Shown here one piece after another: positions 28,187 through 36,327 of a stretch of 64,000 nt of DNA (positions are counted from its first letter, which is position 1; the number at the start of each line of letters is the position of its first letter). The stretch lies in assembly GCA_964488165.1 (NCBI GenBank), contig CAZATU010000003.1, positions 79,372 to 143,371 on the forward strand, in the 5' to 3' direction. This stretch comes from an uncultured Candidatus Peribacteria bacterium. Lineage in GTDB: Bacteria; Patescibacteriota; Gracilibacteria; Peribacterales; Peribacteraceae. The position numbers were made by a program, and so were the translations under genes. The notes beneath the pieces are model-generated. The model saw only the letters and a program-made list of their open reading frames with translations. It was not told the DNA's origin and did not search any database.

Positions 28187-29533
28187 TTACCACGCGTCGG
28201 CTACTTCGTGTTCGGGCGTCGCGATCACCAGGTAGCGTTCGCTGATCGAGTCCGGAGGCCAGCAGGTATAGAGGATGAGCTCTTCGCCGTCGCCCTCTTC
28301 CTGGTAGGTGGCGAGGTCCTTTGCCGGAACGGTCTTCTTCTCGCGGACGAGGTAGGTGAAGGTGCGCCCCTCGAAGGACACGGTCACGCGGTCGCCGATC
28401 TGCAACTCGCTGATGCGGCGGAAGATCTTGGTGAAGGCGGACACATCCCACGGGTAACTGCTCGAGTGACCGTAGACGAGGATTTTACCGCCGCGTCCGG
28501 GGTAGCTGAAGAGGTGTCCGACGCCGTCCCGCAAGGGCGCGAGCAAGCCCTGGTGTGTGAAGGGGTCAGCCGGGTGGTTAATGTTCAACGAATCAATCCC
28601 AAGGCTTGGCAGCGAGATGGCGAAGGTGTCGTTTGCGGCGGGCGAGGCATCGGCGACGAACGTGGTGGTCGAGGGGGTGAAGCGCTCGATTCGGGGAGCC
28701 GGTGCAGGAGGTGGCAGATCGACATGCTCCACGTCGAGGGGCTCTTCGATGGTCGCCGCTTCCTGCGGCTCCTGATGTTCCAACACCAACTCCGGATCAT
28801 CTGCGGGCGAGGCAGCCTCCTGCTCGGGTGCAGTATCGACGTCCTCCATCTCCTCCTCGGGCGCTGTAGCAGGTTCGTCCGCTGGGACAGCATCATCAAA
28901 CACGTAGGGTTCACCGGGCGCGTGCTGCCCTCCGACACTGGCCATCAAGGCACCGTTGCCCACGGCGATCTGGCGGCCGCTCCACTGCATCACAGAAGAA
29001 TCGAGCGATGCGACGGCATCATTGCCATAGAGGAGGCTCAGCAAATAGACGTACTCCTCGCGCGGCAGCGGCACAGAGCTCACCGGCGTGCGCATGCCAT
29101 AGGCGGCTGCCACTTCCTGGAGCGTGGGGACGTACTGCACGTCGGGGTTCGGGCCGGGGACGTAGAGGAGCGGGCTCTCCTGCTGCCAGGCGCGCGACAA
29201 CAAAATCGCCGCCTCTTCGCTGCTGAGCACCGAGCCGGGGCGGAAGGTGCCGTCGGGGTTCCCCTGGATCAACTTGGCTTGGAACGCGCTCTCCAAGAAC
29301 GGTGCATACCAATGATGCTGGCGCACATCCGAAAAGAGCGCCACCGGAGGCATGCCGGAGCGGTAGTGATCGACTGCATCCCTCGCGGCGGGGCTGGATT
29401 CCACAAGCAATGCAACGGCCTCGGCGCGCGACAGCGTCGCGTCTTCGGCATGGGCGGATACGGCAAAGACTCCTCCGGAGGCCAGGATGACGCTGAGAGC
29501 CAACAGGGTGATACCACGGGTGGCGTTCGTCAT
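28187..29533 (-). CDS. Sortase-domain protein with cleavable-looking signal peptide and N-terminal SLH domain
   Basis: C-terminal sortase motifs: ISLPSLGIDSLNI, GGKILVYGHSSS (His), ELILYTCWPP (TLxTC-type Cys), ERYLVIA (Arg). The N-terminus is ...VFAVSAHAED, then FSDVRQHHWYAPFLESAFQAKLIQGNPDGTFRPGSVLSSEEAAILL (SLH). Confidence 0.8.
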   Translation of the reverse strand: MTNATRGITLLALSVILASGGVFAVSAHAEDATLSRAEAVALLVESSPAARDAVDHYRSGMPPVALFSDVRQHHWYAPFLESAFQAKLIQGNPDGTFRPGSVLSSEEAAILLSRAWQQESPLLYVPGPNPDVQYVPTLQEVAAAYGMRTPVSSVPLPREEYVYLLSLLYGNDAVASLDSSVMQWSGRQIAVGNGALMASVGGQHAPGEPYVFDDAVPADEPATAPEEEMEDVDTAPEQEAASPADDPELVLEHQEPQEAATIEEPLDVEHVDLPPPAPAPRIERFTPSTTTFVADASPAANDTFAISLPSLGIDSLNINHPADPFTHQGLLAPLRDGVGHLFSYPGRGGKILVYGHSSSYPWDVSAFTKIFRRISELQIGDRVTVSFEGRTFTYLVREKKTVPAKDLATYQEEGDGEELILYTCWPPDSISERYLVIATPEHEVADAW

Positions 29534-29564
29534 AGTTCGAACAACTTAATACTTTTTATGACTT

Positions 29565-29593
29565 TTGTCAATATCGACTCCTGCATGTATGCT
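29565..29593 (+). promoter_or_regulatory. Sigma70-like promoter candidate for ychF (near-leaderless)
   Basis: TTGTCA (29565-29570), 17-nt spacer, TATGCT (29588-29593). The ychF ATG at 29604 lies only 10 nt after the -10 element. Confidence 0.45.
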
Positions 29594-29603
29594 CTGTGCT
29601 CCT

Positions 29604-30698
29604 ATGGCGCTCCAAATCGGCATCGTCGGCCTCCCCAATGTGGGCAAATCGACCCTCTTTAACGCCTTAACGCGCACCCGCGGCGCCCAGGCGGCCAATT
29701 ACCCCTTCTGCACGATCGACCCCAACGTGGGCATCGTGGAGGTACGCGACCAGCGCCTTTCGGAGCTCGTGCGCCTGGTGGAGCCCAAGAAGTCGATTCC
29801 CGCCACCGTCCGCTTCGTCGATATCGCCGGGCTCGTGAAAGGCGCCAGCCAGGGGCAAGGCCTCGGCAACCAATTCCTGCACCACATCCGCGAAGTGGAC
29901 GCGATTTGCCACGTCGTCCGGGCGTTTACCGGCGGCGACATCATCCACGTTGAAGGGTCCGTCGACCCCAAACGCGACCGGGAGATCATCGAAACCGAGC
30001 TGTGCCTCGCCGACCTCGACAGCGTGCGCAAACGACTCGATAAGTCCCAAGGAGCGGCGCGCACCGGCGACGTCAAAAAGCGCGCGGAAGTCGACGTGCT
30101 GCAACGTGTGCTGGCGGCCCTGGAGCAAGGGATGTTGGCCGGAACGGTCGAACGGAGCCCGGATGAAGCGCTGCTGCTTGCCGACCTGCACCTCCTCACC
30201 GACAAGCCGATCATCTACGCGATCAATGTCGCCGAAAATGACCTCAAAACAGCGATGGGGCAGGATTTCCATGCACAGCTGGGTTTGCCTTCCACGGTCC
30301 AGATCACCCCGATTTCGGCAAAAATCGAAGAGGATCTTCAGGACCTTACCCCCGAGGACGCCTCCGTCTTCCTCCAGGACCTTGGCGTGACCTCCTCCGG
30401 CCTCGATCGCCTGATCGATAGCGCCTACGCAGCCCTTGGCCTCCAGACCTTCTTCACTGCCGGCGTGCAGGAAGTGCGCGCCTGGACGGTGCATGTCGGC
30501 GCTACCGCCCCGCAAGCCGCAGGTGTCATCCATACCGACTTTGAAAAAGGATTCATCTGCGCGGAGACTATTTCGTATAAAGATTTTGTTCAATTTGGAA
30601 GCGAGCAGAAAGCCAAAGAAGCAGGAAAGATGCGCCAAGAAGGAAAGGGGTACGTGGTCCAAGATGGCGACATCTTCCACTTCCGTTTCAACGTCTAA
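29604..30698 (+). CDS. ychF: Redox-regulated ribosome-binding ATPase YchF
   Basis: MALQIGIVGLPNVGKSTLFNALT...ANYPFCTIDPN...; C-terminal ...YVVQDGDIFHFRFNV. Confidence 0.92.
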   Translation: MALQIGIVGLPNVGKSTLFNALTRTRGAQAANYPFCTIDPNVGIVEVRDQRLSELVRLVEPKKSIPATVRFVDIAGLVKGASQGQGLGNQFLHHIREVDAICHVVRAFTGGDIIHVEGSVDPKRDREIIETELCLADLDSVRKRLDKSQGAARTGDVKKRAEVDVLQRVLAALEQGMLAGTVERSPDEALLLADLHLLTDKPIIYAINVAENDLKTAMGQDFHAQLGLPSTVQITPISAKIEEDLQDLTPEDASVFLQDLGVTSSGLDRLIDSAYAALGLQTFFTAGVQEVRAWTVHVGATAPQAAGVIHTDFEKGFICAETISYKDFVQFGSEQKAKEAGKMRQEGKGYVVQDGDIFHFRFNV

Positions 30699-30703
30699 AC
30701 ACC

Positions 30704-31015
30704 ATGAGCACGTTCATCGCCCGCGAGGAACCGTTCGTCTGCGGCAGATGTGGCAAAAACGTTCATCCCTTGGGAAAGGGCTCCTATAGGAACCATTGCC
30801 CATTTTGCCTCTGGAGCAAACACGTCGATGATGAAGGCCCGGGCGACCGCGCATCGGCCTGCAATGGTTTGGAGCAACCGATGGGTGTTGATTTCCGCTC
30901 CAAGAAGGGCTGGATCATTCTTCATGTCTGCACGAAATGTGGAAAAACCATCCGCAATAAAGCTGCTCCGGATGATGATCAGGAGATTCTTTCCACATTG
31001 CGTCCACAGATCTGA
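30704..31015 (+). CDS. RNHCP domain protein
   Basis: Contains the eponymous motif ...GSYRNHCPFCLWSKHVD... plus flanking CxxC pairs (CGRCG, CTKCG). Confidence 0.75.
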   Translation: MSTFIAREEPFVCGRCGKNVHPLGKGSYRNHCPFCLWSKHVDDEGPGDRASACNGLEQPMGVDFRSKKGWIILHVCTKCGKTIRNKAAPDDDQEILSTLRPQI

Positions 31016-31155
31016 AGTATTTTTGTGTTCGGTTTTTCCTTCTTCTGCAAGGGCTCTTTTCCTTATGGTGCTTGCTGTCGAAGAAGGAGTGAGAGTAGCG
31101 TCACCCCTTGCCATGCGTTTCCTGGTGTTTGCCGCCCTCTTCGGCCTGTTGTTCG

Positions 31156-31617
31156 TCAGCTTTTAGGCTTCCCTCCGCCTGCCGACAACACCTGAGCGAT
31201 GTACCGATCGCTGAAGCTGGTCTTCACCGGCAGACGTTCTTGCACATTGCCTTCGGGGAGGGCGTGCACGGCGTCTTCATGGGTTGCGGGGTGCGGCTCC
31301 ACAGCAACGGAGAAGTTCCCCTGCTGCATCGCCGCACGGACACTGGGGGGCGCCTCCTCGGCGTCGAGCACGGCATCAATGCCGTGCGTGCCAATATCCT
31401 CTCGCATGCGCTCATACACCATTCCCTGTGCTTGGGGTTCTGCCTCCAGCGCAAAATGGAATTCTGCGAGCTGTTCGGCTTTACGCATTTCCTTCTCCAA
31501 ATCTTCGGGGCCCTTCACGTTATCGCGCAAACGCTCATACGCTTCGGGGCTGCGCATGCGCTGGCGAATTTTCTCTCGTTCATGCGATGGCAGATGATCG
31601 ACCCAGGAACCTTGCAT
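31156..31617 (-). CDS. Hypothetical protein
   Basis: 153-aa ORF with a charged helical N-half (EREKIRQRMRSPEAYERLRDNVKGPEDLEKEMRKAEQL). No motif recognised. Confidence 0.55.
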   Translation of the reverse strand: MQGSWVDHLPSHEREKIRQRMRSPEAYERLRDNVKGPEDLEKEMRKAEQLAEFHFALEAEPQAQGMVYERMREDIGTHGIDAVLDAEEAPPSVRAAMQQGNFSVAVEPHPATHEDAVHALPEGNVQERLPVKTSFSDRYIAQVLSAGGGKPKS

Positions 31618-31661
31618 GCGCCCATGCTACTGGAGGAACGCGCGGCCGACGAGCGCGGCGC

Positions 31662-31928
31662 CTACTTGGTTCGCCGCATCGGCATTTGCTGATCTCGCAT
31701 GTCCATCTGCATTTCCTGGCGCTGGCCCTGGCGCATCATATCCATCGGTTTACCGGTGCGGGCGTCGCGCATGCCATGGAAGAACATCGCCGCGAAGACC
31801 CCCATCATCAGGACCCACAGCAGCAGGAACACCGCCGATACAATCACGTGCGCCACGAGCGCGTGCCCGTAGATCGCGAAGCAGCGCTTGAGGAAGTTGT
31901 CGGACGTAAGCCAGGTGTCGTGCTTCAT
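31662..31928 (-). CDS. Small membrane protein (hypothetical)
   Basis: Two hydrophobic helices followed by a Met/Gln/Arg-rich tail. Start trimmed to MKHDTW to avoid overlap with the nrdJ 3' end. Confidence 0.45.
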   Translation of the reverse strand: MKHDTWLTSDNFLKRCFAIYGHALVAHVIVSAVFLLLWVLMMGVFAAMFFHGMRDARTGKPMDMMRQGQRQEMQMDMRDQQMPMRRTK

Positions 31929-31962
31929 GGCGCGCTTGGGGGAAAAAGCAATGCCCAGCATA

Positions 31963-34900
31963 TCACGAGCAGCCGCTGGTGGCACCACAATCAAGGCAGA
32001 CCTCGCACGACCCGTTGCGCTTCATCTTCACAGAACCGCAGCCGCCGCAAATGGCGCCGGTGAACCCCTGGAGCTTCGCCTGCTGCAGCTTGCTGCCCAC
32101 CGTAGACGACGTGTGCACGGCATTCTCCAGCTCGTGATGGGTCTTGTCGTCGGTGCGGGTGAGGAAGTCCGACGGCGCGGCGGAGCCTTCGTCGAGGACG
32201 GGCAGGCGCATGGCGAACGCGTCTTTGCTCTTGGTGCCCGTAGCGTAGGCGATATCGACCAATTCGCTATTGTGCACGCGCTTTGCCTTTTCCTTGGTGA
32301 GGAACTTGAGGGCGAGCCAGCGTCCCATGTAATCCATCAAGCTCTTGGCCATGGGGATTTCCTCGTTCATGGTGAAGCCCGACGGCTCAAAGCGGGTGTG
32401 GACCAGCTTGTCGCAGAGCACTTCAAGCGGCACGCCGTACTGCAGGTTGAGCGAGAGGCTCAATGCCAACGTATCCATCACGCCGGAGAGCGTGGTCCCC
32501 TCCTTGCTCATCTTGATGAAGATCTCGCCGGGCTGGCCGTCTTCGTACATGCCCACGTGGATGTAGCCCTCGTGGCCGGCGATGGAGAACTTGTGCGTGA
32601 TCGACAGGCGTTCGGCCGCGAGCTTGCGGCGGCGCGGCACCTCCTTGATCACGATTTTTTCGCGGATTTCCACCTGCTTCTCCTCCTTCTTGTCGTCTTT
32701 ATCGGACGATGAGGTGTTGAGCGCCTGGCTCATCTTGCAGCCGTCGCGGTAGAGCGCATTGGCCTTGATGCCGAGCTTCCAGCTGAGCAGGTAGGCGTTC
32801 TTGATGTCCTCGACGGTCGCTTCGTTGGGCAGGTTGATCGTCTTGCTGATGGCTCCGGAGATGAAGGGCTGCGCGGCGGCCATCATGCGGATGTGGCCCT
32901 GGTACGCGATGAAGCGCTTGCCGATCTTGCCGCACTTGTTGGCGCAGTCGAAGACCGCCATGTGCTCGGGCTTGATGTGCGGGCAGCCTTCGGTGGTCAT
33001 ATAGCCGCAGACGACCAAGTTGGCCTCTTCGATCTGCTCCTTCGTAAAACCGATGGCCTCGAGCAGGTTGAACGTGGGCGACTGCATCTGCTCATCGCTG
33101 ATGCCCAAGCGCTTGAGCGTGGCGTCGCCAAGCGCCCAGCGCGTGAAGGCGAAGCTCAGTTCGAACACCTGCGAGAGCTGCGCCTCGATCTTGGCGATGT
33201 CCTCGTCGGTGAAGCCTTTCTGCTTGAGGCTCTGGCGATTGACGTGAGGCACCCCCTCGAGGCTCATGGCCCCCATGACGTAGCGCATGATCTCGCGGAC
33301 CTCGGTATCGCTGTAGCCAAGCGCGTGCATTGCCGGCTCCACCGACTGGTTGGCGATCTTCATGTAGCCGCCGCCGGCGAGCTTCTTGAACTTCACGAGC
33401 GCAAAGTCGGGCTCGATGCCCGTGGTATCGCAATCCATGACGAGCCCGATGGTGCCCGTGGGCGCGATAACGGTGGATTGGGCGTTGCGGTAGCCGAACT
33501 GCTCGCCGAGGCTCAGGGCGCGATCCCAGCACTCCTTGGCGGCTTCGAGCATCGCGGGAGGGCAGATGTCCTGGTCGATGCCGACAGGAATGACATGGAG
33601 GCCTTCGTAGTCTTTGGCCGGAGCGTCGTAGGCGGCGCGGCGGTGATTACGCATGACGCGGAGCATGTGCTCGCGGTTCTTGTCGTAGCGGGCAAACGTA
33701 CCGAGCGGCTTGGCCATTTCGGCGGAAGCGGCGTACGACTGGCCCGTGAGGATCGATGTCAGTGCGGCGCAGATGGCGCGGCCCTGGTCGGAATCGTAGG
33801 GAATGCCCATGCGCATGAGCAGGGCACCCAAGTTGGCGTACCCCAAGCCCAGCGTGCGGAACTTGTAGCTGAGTTCGGCGATCTCCTTGCTCGGGAACTG
33901 GGCCATCAGCACGGAAATCTCCAAGACGACGGTCCAGAGGCGCACCGCGTGCTTGTAGCGCTCCAGCTCGAAGGTGGCGTGCTCCTGGTCGTAGAACTTG
34001 AGCAGGTTGATGGATGCGAGGTTGCAGGCCGTGTTGTCGAGGAACATGTATTCGCTGCAGGGGTTCGACGCATTGATGCGGCCGTCCTCGGGGCAGGTGT
34101 GCCAATCGTTGATCGTCGTGTCGTACTGCAGGCCGGGGTCAGCGCACGCCCAGGCGGCGTAGCCGATTTTGTCCCAGAGCTGACGCGCCTTGAGGGCCTT
34201 GCAGGCCTGCGCGGGGCGGCCGGCGGCCGCAGACTTCGCAAGCTCGGTGCGCCAGAAGAGCTGCCAATCGCCGTCGCGCTCCAGCGCCTCAAAGAACTCG
34301 TGGGCGATGCGCACGGAGTTGTTGGAGTTCTGGCCCGAGACGGTGGCGTAGGCTTCGCCGTTAAAATCGCGGTCGTAGCCTGCGGCCACAAGCGCTGCGA
34401 CTTTCTTCTCTTCGTTGACCTTCCAATCGATGAACGCCTCGATATCGGGGTGGTCCAAGTTGAGACAGACCATTTTCGCGGCGCGGCGCGTGGTGCCGCC
34501 GGACTTGATGGCCCCCGCGGCGCGGTCGCCGATTTTGAGGAAGCTCATGAGGCCCGAGCTCTTGCCGCCGCCGGAGAGAGGCTCGCCTGAGCCGCGCAAA
34601 CTGGAGAAGTTCGTCCCTGTGCCGGAGCCGAACTTGAAGAGGCGTGCCTCGCGGGTCCAGAGGTCCATGATGCCGCCCTCGTTGACCATGTCGTCGGACA
34701 CGGACTGGATGAAGCAGGCATGGGGCTGGGGGTGCGTGTAGGCGTCCTCGCTCTTGTGCACCTCGCCCGTGGCAGGGTCGCAGTAGTAGTGCCCCTGTGC
34801 GGGGCCGGTGATGCCGTAGGCGTAATGGAGGCCTGTATTGAACCATTGGGGGCTGTTGGGAGCCGCCATCTGGTGCACAAGCATGTACGACAGCTCGTCC

Positions 34901-35334
34901 TCGAACGCCTGGGCGTCCTGAGGCGTGGCGAAGTACCCGTGCGTCTCGCCCCAAAACCTCCAGCAACCAGCAAGGCGGCGCACCACCTGCTTCACGCTGC
35001 GCTCGGGCCCGAGAATGACGTTGCCGGAAGCATCGCGGATCACGTTGCCCTTGGCATCAAGCTGGGGCACCCCGGCCTTGCGGAAATACTTGCTCACCAC
35101 GATGTCGGTTGCCACCTGGCTCCAGCCCGCCGGGATCTCTGCGCCTTCCATTTCAGAGACCACGGAACCGTCGGTGTTCTTGATGCGGCTCGTGCGCTTC
35201 TCGTAGGTCACTTCCTCCAGCGGGTCGCTGCCCGGCGTCGTGAAGACGCGCGAGATGGAAAGACCGGTGCCGTACACGGACGACGAAGGCCGGGAAGAGG
35301 TTGCCGCGGAAGCGGCAAGAGAGACGGGAACCAT
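31963..35334 (-). CDS. nrdJ: Adenosylcobalamin-dependent (class II) ribonucleotide reductase
   Basis: GLSISRVFTTPG..., ...NPCSEYMFLDNTACNLASINL..., C-terminal Cys cluster CGGCGSVKMKRNGSCEVCLDCGATSGCS. Start trimmed to MVPVSL (ATG complement of 35332-35334). The 85 upstream codons of the ORF-track call are Arg/Pro/Cys-rich and overlap the regulatory palindromes. Confidence 0.9.
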   Translation of the reverse strand: MVPVSLAASAATSSRPSSSVYGTGLSISRVFTTPGSDPLEEVTYEKRTSRIKNTDGSVVSEMEGAEIPAGWSQVATDIVVSKYFRKAGVPQLDAKGNVIRDASGNVILGPERSVKQVVRRLAGCWRFWGETHGYFATPQDAQAFEDELSYMLVHQMAAPNSPQWFNTGLHYAYGITGPAQGHYYCDPATGEVHKSEDAYTHPQPHACFIQSVSDDMVNEGGIMDLWTREARLFKFGSGTGTNFSSLRGSGEPLSGGGKSSGLMSFLKIGDRAAGAIKSGGTTRRAAKMVCLNLDHPDIEAFIDWKVNEEKKVAALVAAGYDRDFNGEAYATVSGQNSNNSVRIAHEFFEALERDGDWQLFWRTELAKSAAAGRPAQACKALKARQLWDKIGYAAWACADPGLQYDTTINDWHTCPEDGRINASNPCSEYMFLDNTACNLASINLLKFYDQEHATFELERYKHAVRLWTVVLEISVLMAQFPSKEIAELSYKFRTLGLGYANLGALLMRMGIPYDSDQGRAICAALTSILTGQSYAASAEMAKPLGTFARYDKNREHMLRVMRNHRRAAYDAPAKDYEGLHVIPVGIDQDICPPAMLEAAKECWDRALSLGEQFGYRNAQSTVIAPTGTIGLVMDCDTTGIEPDFALVKFKKLAGGGYMKIANQSVEPAMHALGYSDTEVREIMRYVMGAMSLEGVPHVNRQSLKQKGFTDEDIAKIEAQLSQVFELSFAFTRWALGDATLKRLGISDEQMQSPTFNLLEAIGFTKEQIEEANLVVCGYMTTEGCPHIKPEHMAVFDCANKCGKIGKRFIAYQGHIRMMAAAQPFISGAISKTINLPNEATVEDIKNAYLLSWKLGIKANALYRDGCKMSQALNTSSSDKDDKKEEKQVEIREKIVIKEVPRRRKLAAERLSITHKFSIAGHEGYIHVGMYEDGQPGEIFIKMSKEGTTLSGVMDTLALSLSLNLQYGVPLEVLCDKLVHTRFEPSGFTMNEEIPMAKSLMDYMGRWLALKFLTKEKAKRVHNSELVDIAYATGTKSKDAFAMRLPVLDEGSAAPSDFLTRTDDKTHHELENAVHTSSTVGSKLQQAKLQGFTGAICGGCGSVKMKRNGSCEVCLDCGATSGCS

Positions 35335-35368
35335 GGGGACAGGGGGAACGACGGTGAAGGAGGGAGGG

Positions 35369-35416
35369 ACACAGGATCTAGTGTCCCTTGGGCGACAACA
35401 CCACAAGGTATAGGAG
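35369..35416 (-). promoter_or_regulatory. Tandem NrdR-box-like palindromes upstream of nrdJ
   Basis: Minus-strand reading. Box A is ctcctataccttgtgg (35416-35401). Box B is acactagatcctgtgt (35384-35369), embedded in the perfect inverted repeat GGGACAC-n8-GTGTCCC (35366-35387). The boxes are separated by 16 nt, giving 32 bp centre to centre as for NrdR sites (consensus acaCwAtATaTwGtgt). Confidence 0.5.
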
Positions 35417-35658
35417 TCCTCCCGTCGCGCCAACAGTGCCGAGGGTGGACGACCGGACGAGAAAGCGACAGGAATTTTTCGTGATTCCTGAGCGCAACTC
35501 CCAGGTGCTGTAGTGGAGACGGAAATGGTATTCAGGCACGCGTTGGAACGCGGTGCAAGAGGAACCCCGCACGGCGTGTCACGACGCATTCACATCGGGC
35601 GTCCAACGACGGCTACGGCGGATGCAGGCAGCCAGAAAAACATGGTACGCTGTGGCGC

Positions 35659-36327
35659 ATGACGATCCTCCTCCTTCTTGCCGGTACCAACGAACAGAGC
35701 AATAGCGCAATGCTCGCGGACGCTTTCGCCGAAGGTGCGAGAGCGGCGGGCGCCACGGTGGACATCCTTCGTCTGCGCGAATTGCACATCGAGCACTTCA
35801 CGCTCGACTGCTACAAGAACGACTATCCCCACGAACCCGATTTCCTCCAGGTGCAGCGCGCAGTCCAGGGCGCTCACGGCCTGGTGATCGCTACGCCCAT
35901 CTGGAACTTCGGCGTTCCTGCACACCTCAAAAACCTCATCGACCGCATGGGGAGCTTCGCTCTCGACCCGACGCATTCCAAGGGGACGCTCGGCGGCAAG
36001 CCGCTCTTTACGATCTTCACGGGTGGCGCGCCGCTGCCCGCATGGCTCGGCCTGATGAGGAAAACGACGAGCTTCGTCGCCGAGGGGCTGCGCTACTTCG
36101 GCGCGACGCCGTGTGGCACGTCGTTCGAACCCAAGTGCACGCCGGGCCGCGGCGTCTTCGGGGTCGTTGTCGACAAGCGCCCCGACAGCCTTGCCAAGGC
36201 ACGCAGGGATGGCGCGGCCTTCGCCTGCGTCGTGGAGGCATTTGCCAAGGACGGCACGCTGCCAGCTGCGCAGGGGCTGCTGCGCAAGTGCTATGCGCTC
36301 GGGCAGAAGATCATGAAAGCCCTGTAA
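35659..36327 (+). CDS. NAD(P)H-dependent FMN reductase / flavodoxin-like fold oxidoreductase
   Basis: MTILLLLAGTNEQSNSAMLA...GLVIATPIWNFGVPAHLKNLIDR, the typical FMN_red family signature. Confidence 0.8.
   Translation: MTILLLLAGTNEQSNSAMLADAFAEGARAAGATVDILRLRELHIEHFTLDCYKNDYPHEPDFLQVQRAVQGAHGLVIATPIWNFGVPAHLKNLIDRMGSFALDPTHSKGTLGGKPLFTIFTGGAPLPAWLGLMRKTTSFVAEGLRYFGATPCGTSFEPKCTPGRGVFGVVVDKRPDSLAKARRDGAAFACVVEAFAKDGTLPAAQGLLRKCYALGQKIMKAL

Noticed and set aside
32893-34590. 565-aa plus-strand ORF, plus similar ones at 13171-14418, 28208-29662, 40054-41004, 49952-50965, 52022-53332, 62773-63825, and minus-strand 24185-25162, 27056-27802, 35590-36480
   Set aside because: All lie antisense to genes with strong motif support (nrdJ, the Cys-rich protein, sortase, fusA, the giants, the SLH protein, the ATPase, FMN reductase). 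They have mirror-ORF composition and are high-GC artefacts.
35417-35590. Possible cobalamin riboswitch in the long region upstream of the B12-dependent nrdJ
   Set aside because: I found no B12-box-like (AGYCMGgAgaCCkGCc) or conserved GGGAA/GGTG core segments by eye. B12 riboswitches normally control B12-independent isozymes or transport, not nrdJ. A 7-bp hairpin (caggaat...attcctg) is present but unspecific.
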